Positions 63,359 to 64,000 of a stretch of DNA of 64,000 bases are shown piece after piece. Origin of the DNA: a virus; IMG/VR virus record IMGVR_UViG_3300033143_002031, positions 96,001-160,000 of that record; one strand, 5' to 3'. Within the stretch, counting starts at the first letter, position 1; each line of letters opens with the position of its first letter. The position numbers and the translations under genes are program-made. A model generated the notes under the pieces. That model made no database searches. It was not told the origin of the DNA and saw only the letters and a list, made by a program, of their open reading frames with translations.

Positions 63359-63943
63359 GTGCCTATCACGAAGAAGTGCGATGGCATCGTCAGTTGCGAG
63401 TTTGCTCGACTGGAGAAGAGTGGCCCGCAGACGTGCGGACCGTTCGAGTTGGATGGCCGCGATGCAGCCATGTATGACCACTTCGCGCAGGAGCACGTGG
63501 ATGCAGTCGGCACAGACATGCTGCTCTGGCACCAGAACCTCGAAGAGACCCTCCGCGACCCGCTCTACGACGAGCCCATCGACCGTGAGTGGCTCGGGCC
63601 GTTCAAATTCAAGGCGTTCGTGGAGTACATCGCCGGGACGCCTCAGATGACCGAGAACGGGATGACGGTCCGCTGGCAGGGGAGCCTCTGGGTCGCTCGG
63701 AAGACCTTGGAGGACGCTGGAGTGCCGGCTCCTCTCGAAGGGGACGTGATCAAGTACTGGGACAACAAATTCTTCGCGGAGCACGGCGTCAACGCGGAGC
63801 ACGGCGTCCACGGAGGCTACTACTACGACGTGATCAACGTGGACGATGAGGGGCACGTACAGGACTCAGGCCATTTCGTAGGTCTCACGATCAATATCCT
63901 CCGCCGCACGGAGTTTACGCCTGAGCGACGCCTCAACGGCTAA
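63359..63943 (+). CDS. Neck protein, T4 gp14-like
   Basis: E.VDAVG.D......DPLYDEP..R.W; P.EGDVI; follows the gp13-like gene. Confidence 0.7.
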   Translation: MPITKKCDGIVSCEFARLEKSGPQTCGPFELDGRDAAMYDHFAQEHVDAVGTDMLLWHQNLEETLRDPLYDEPIDREWLGPFKFKAFVEYIAGTPQMTENGMTVRWQGSLWVARKTLEDAGVPAPLEGDVIKYWDNKFFAEHGVNAEHGVHGGYYYDVINVDDEGHVQDSGHFVGLTINILRRTEFTPERRLNG

Positions 63944-63960
63944 CGGACAAGGGTGAGGAC

Positions 63961-64000
63961 ATGGACTTGGTGAAGATCGGGCTCGCTGTGAAGAGCGGCG
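63961..64000 (+). CDS. Start of the next gene, truncated by window edge
   Basis: GAGG SD then ATG 63961. Confidence 0.5.
   Translation, partial: MDLVKIGLAVKSG

Overview
A 64 kb, GC-rich segment of a large tailed-phage genome with essentially all credible genes on the + strand. Left part (1-19.4 kb): small accessory genes plus peptide deformylase, a GHKL-ATPase/HExxH protein, family-4 uracil-DNA glycosylase, KhpA, a MoxR AAA+/vWA pair and putative envelope-acting enzymes. Middle (19.4-37.1 kb): a replication/recombination block (wHTH initiator with internal iteron-like repeats, DnaC-like loader, DnaB, DnaG, gp32-like SSB, HNH, intein-containing SF2 helicase, RecA, Hjc-like and RuvC-like resolvases, PD-(D/E)XK exonuclease, SSB, ParB-like protein). 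37.1-49.7 kb: a 1687-aa repeat/kinase/putative ART protein, a RelA/SpoT-type small alarmone synthetase with a small downstream ORF, a linker-histone-like protein, family-A DNA polymerase, ThyX and ribosomal protein bS21. Right (49.9-64 kb): a T4-like head module (terminase, gp20-like portal, core proteins, gp21-like protease, gp23-like capsid, gp13/gp14-like neck). Most notable observations: (1) a terminase intein whose endonuclease is encoded in a different, overlapping reading frame with its own SD; (2) a candidate programmed -1 frameshift (G GGA AAC plus downstream stem) joining an acidic head-core protein to an Arg-rich extension; (3) a kinase/ART + alarmone-synthetase effector locus that may be virion-delivered; (4) a multi-stem RNA upstream of the initiator; (5) a 15-bp palindrome present three times directly upstream of genes. 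No tRNA, rRNA, CRISPR array or integrase was seen. Functional calls come from motif recognition by eye, not from database searches.
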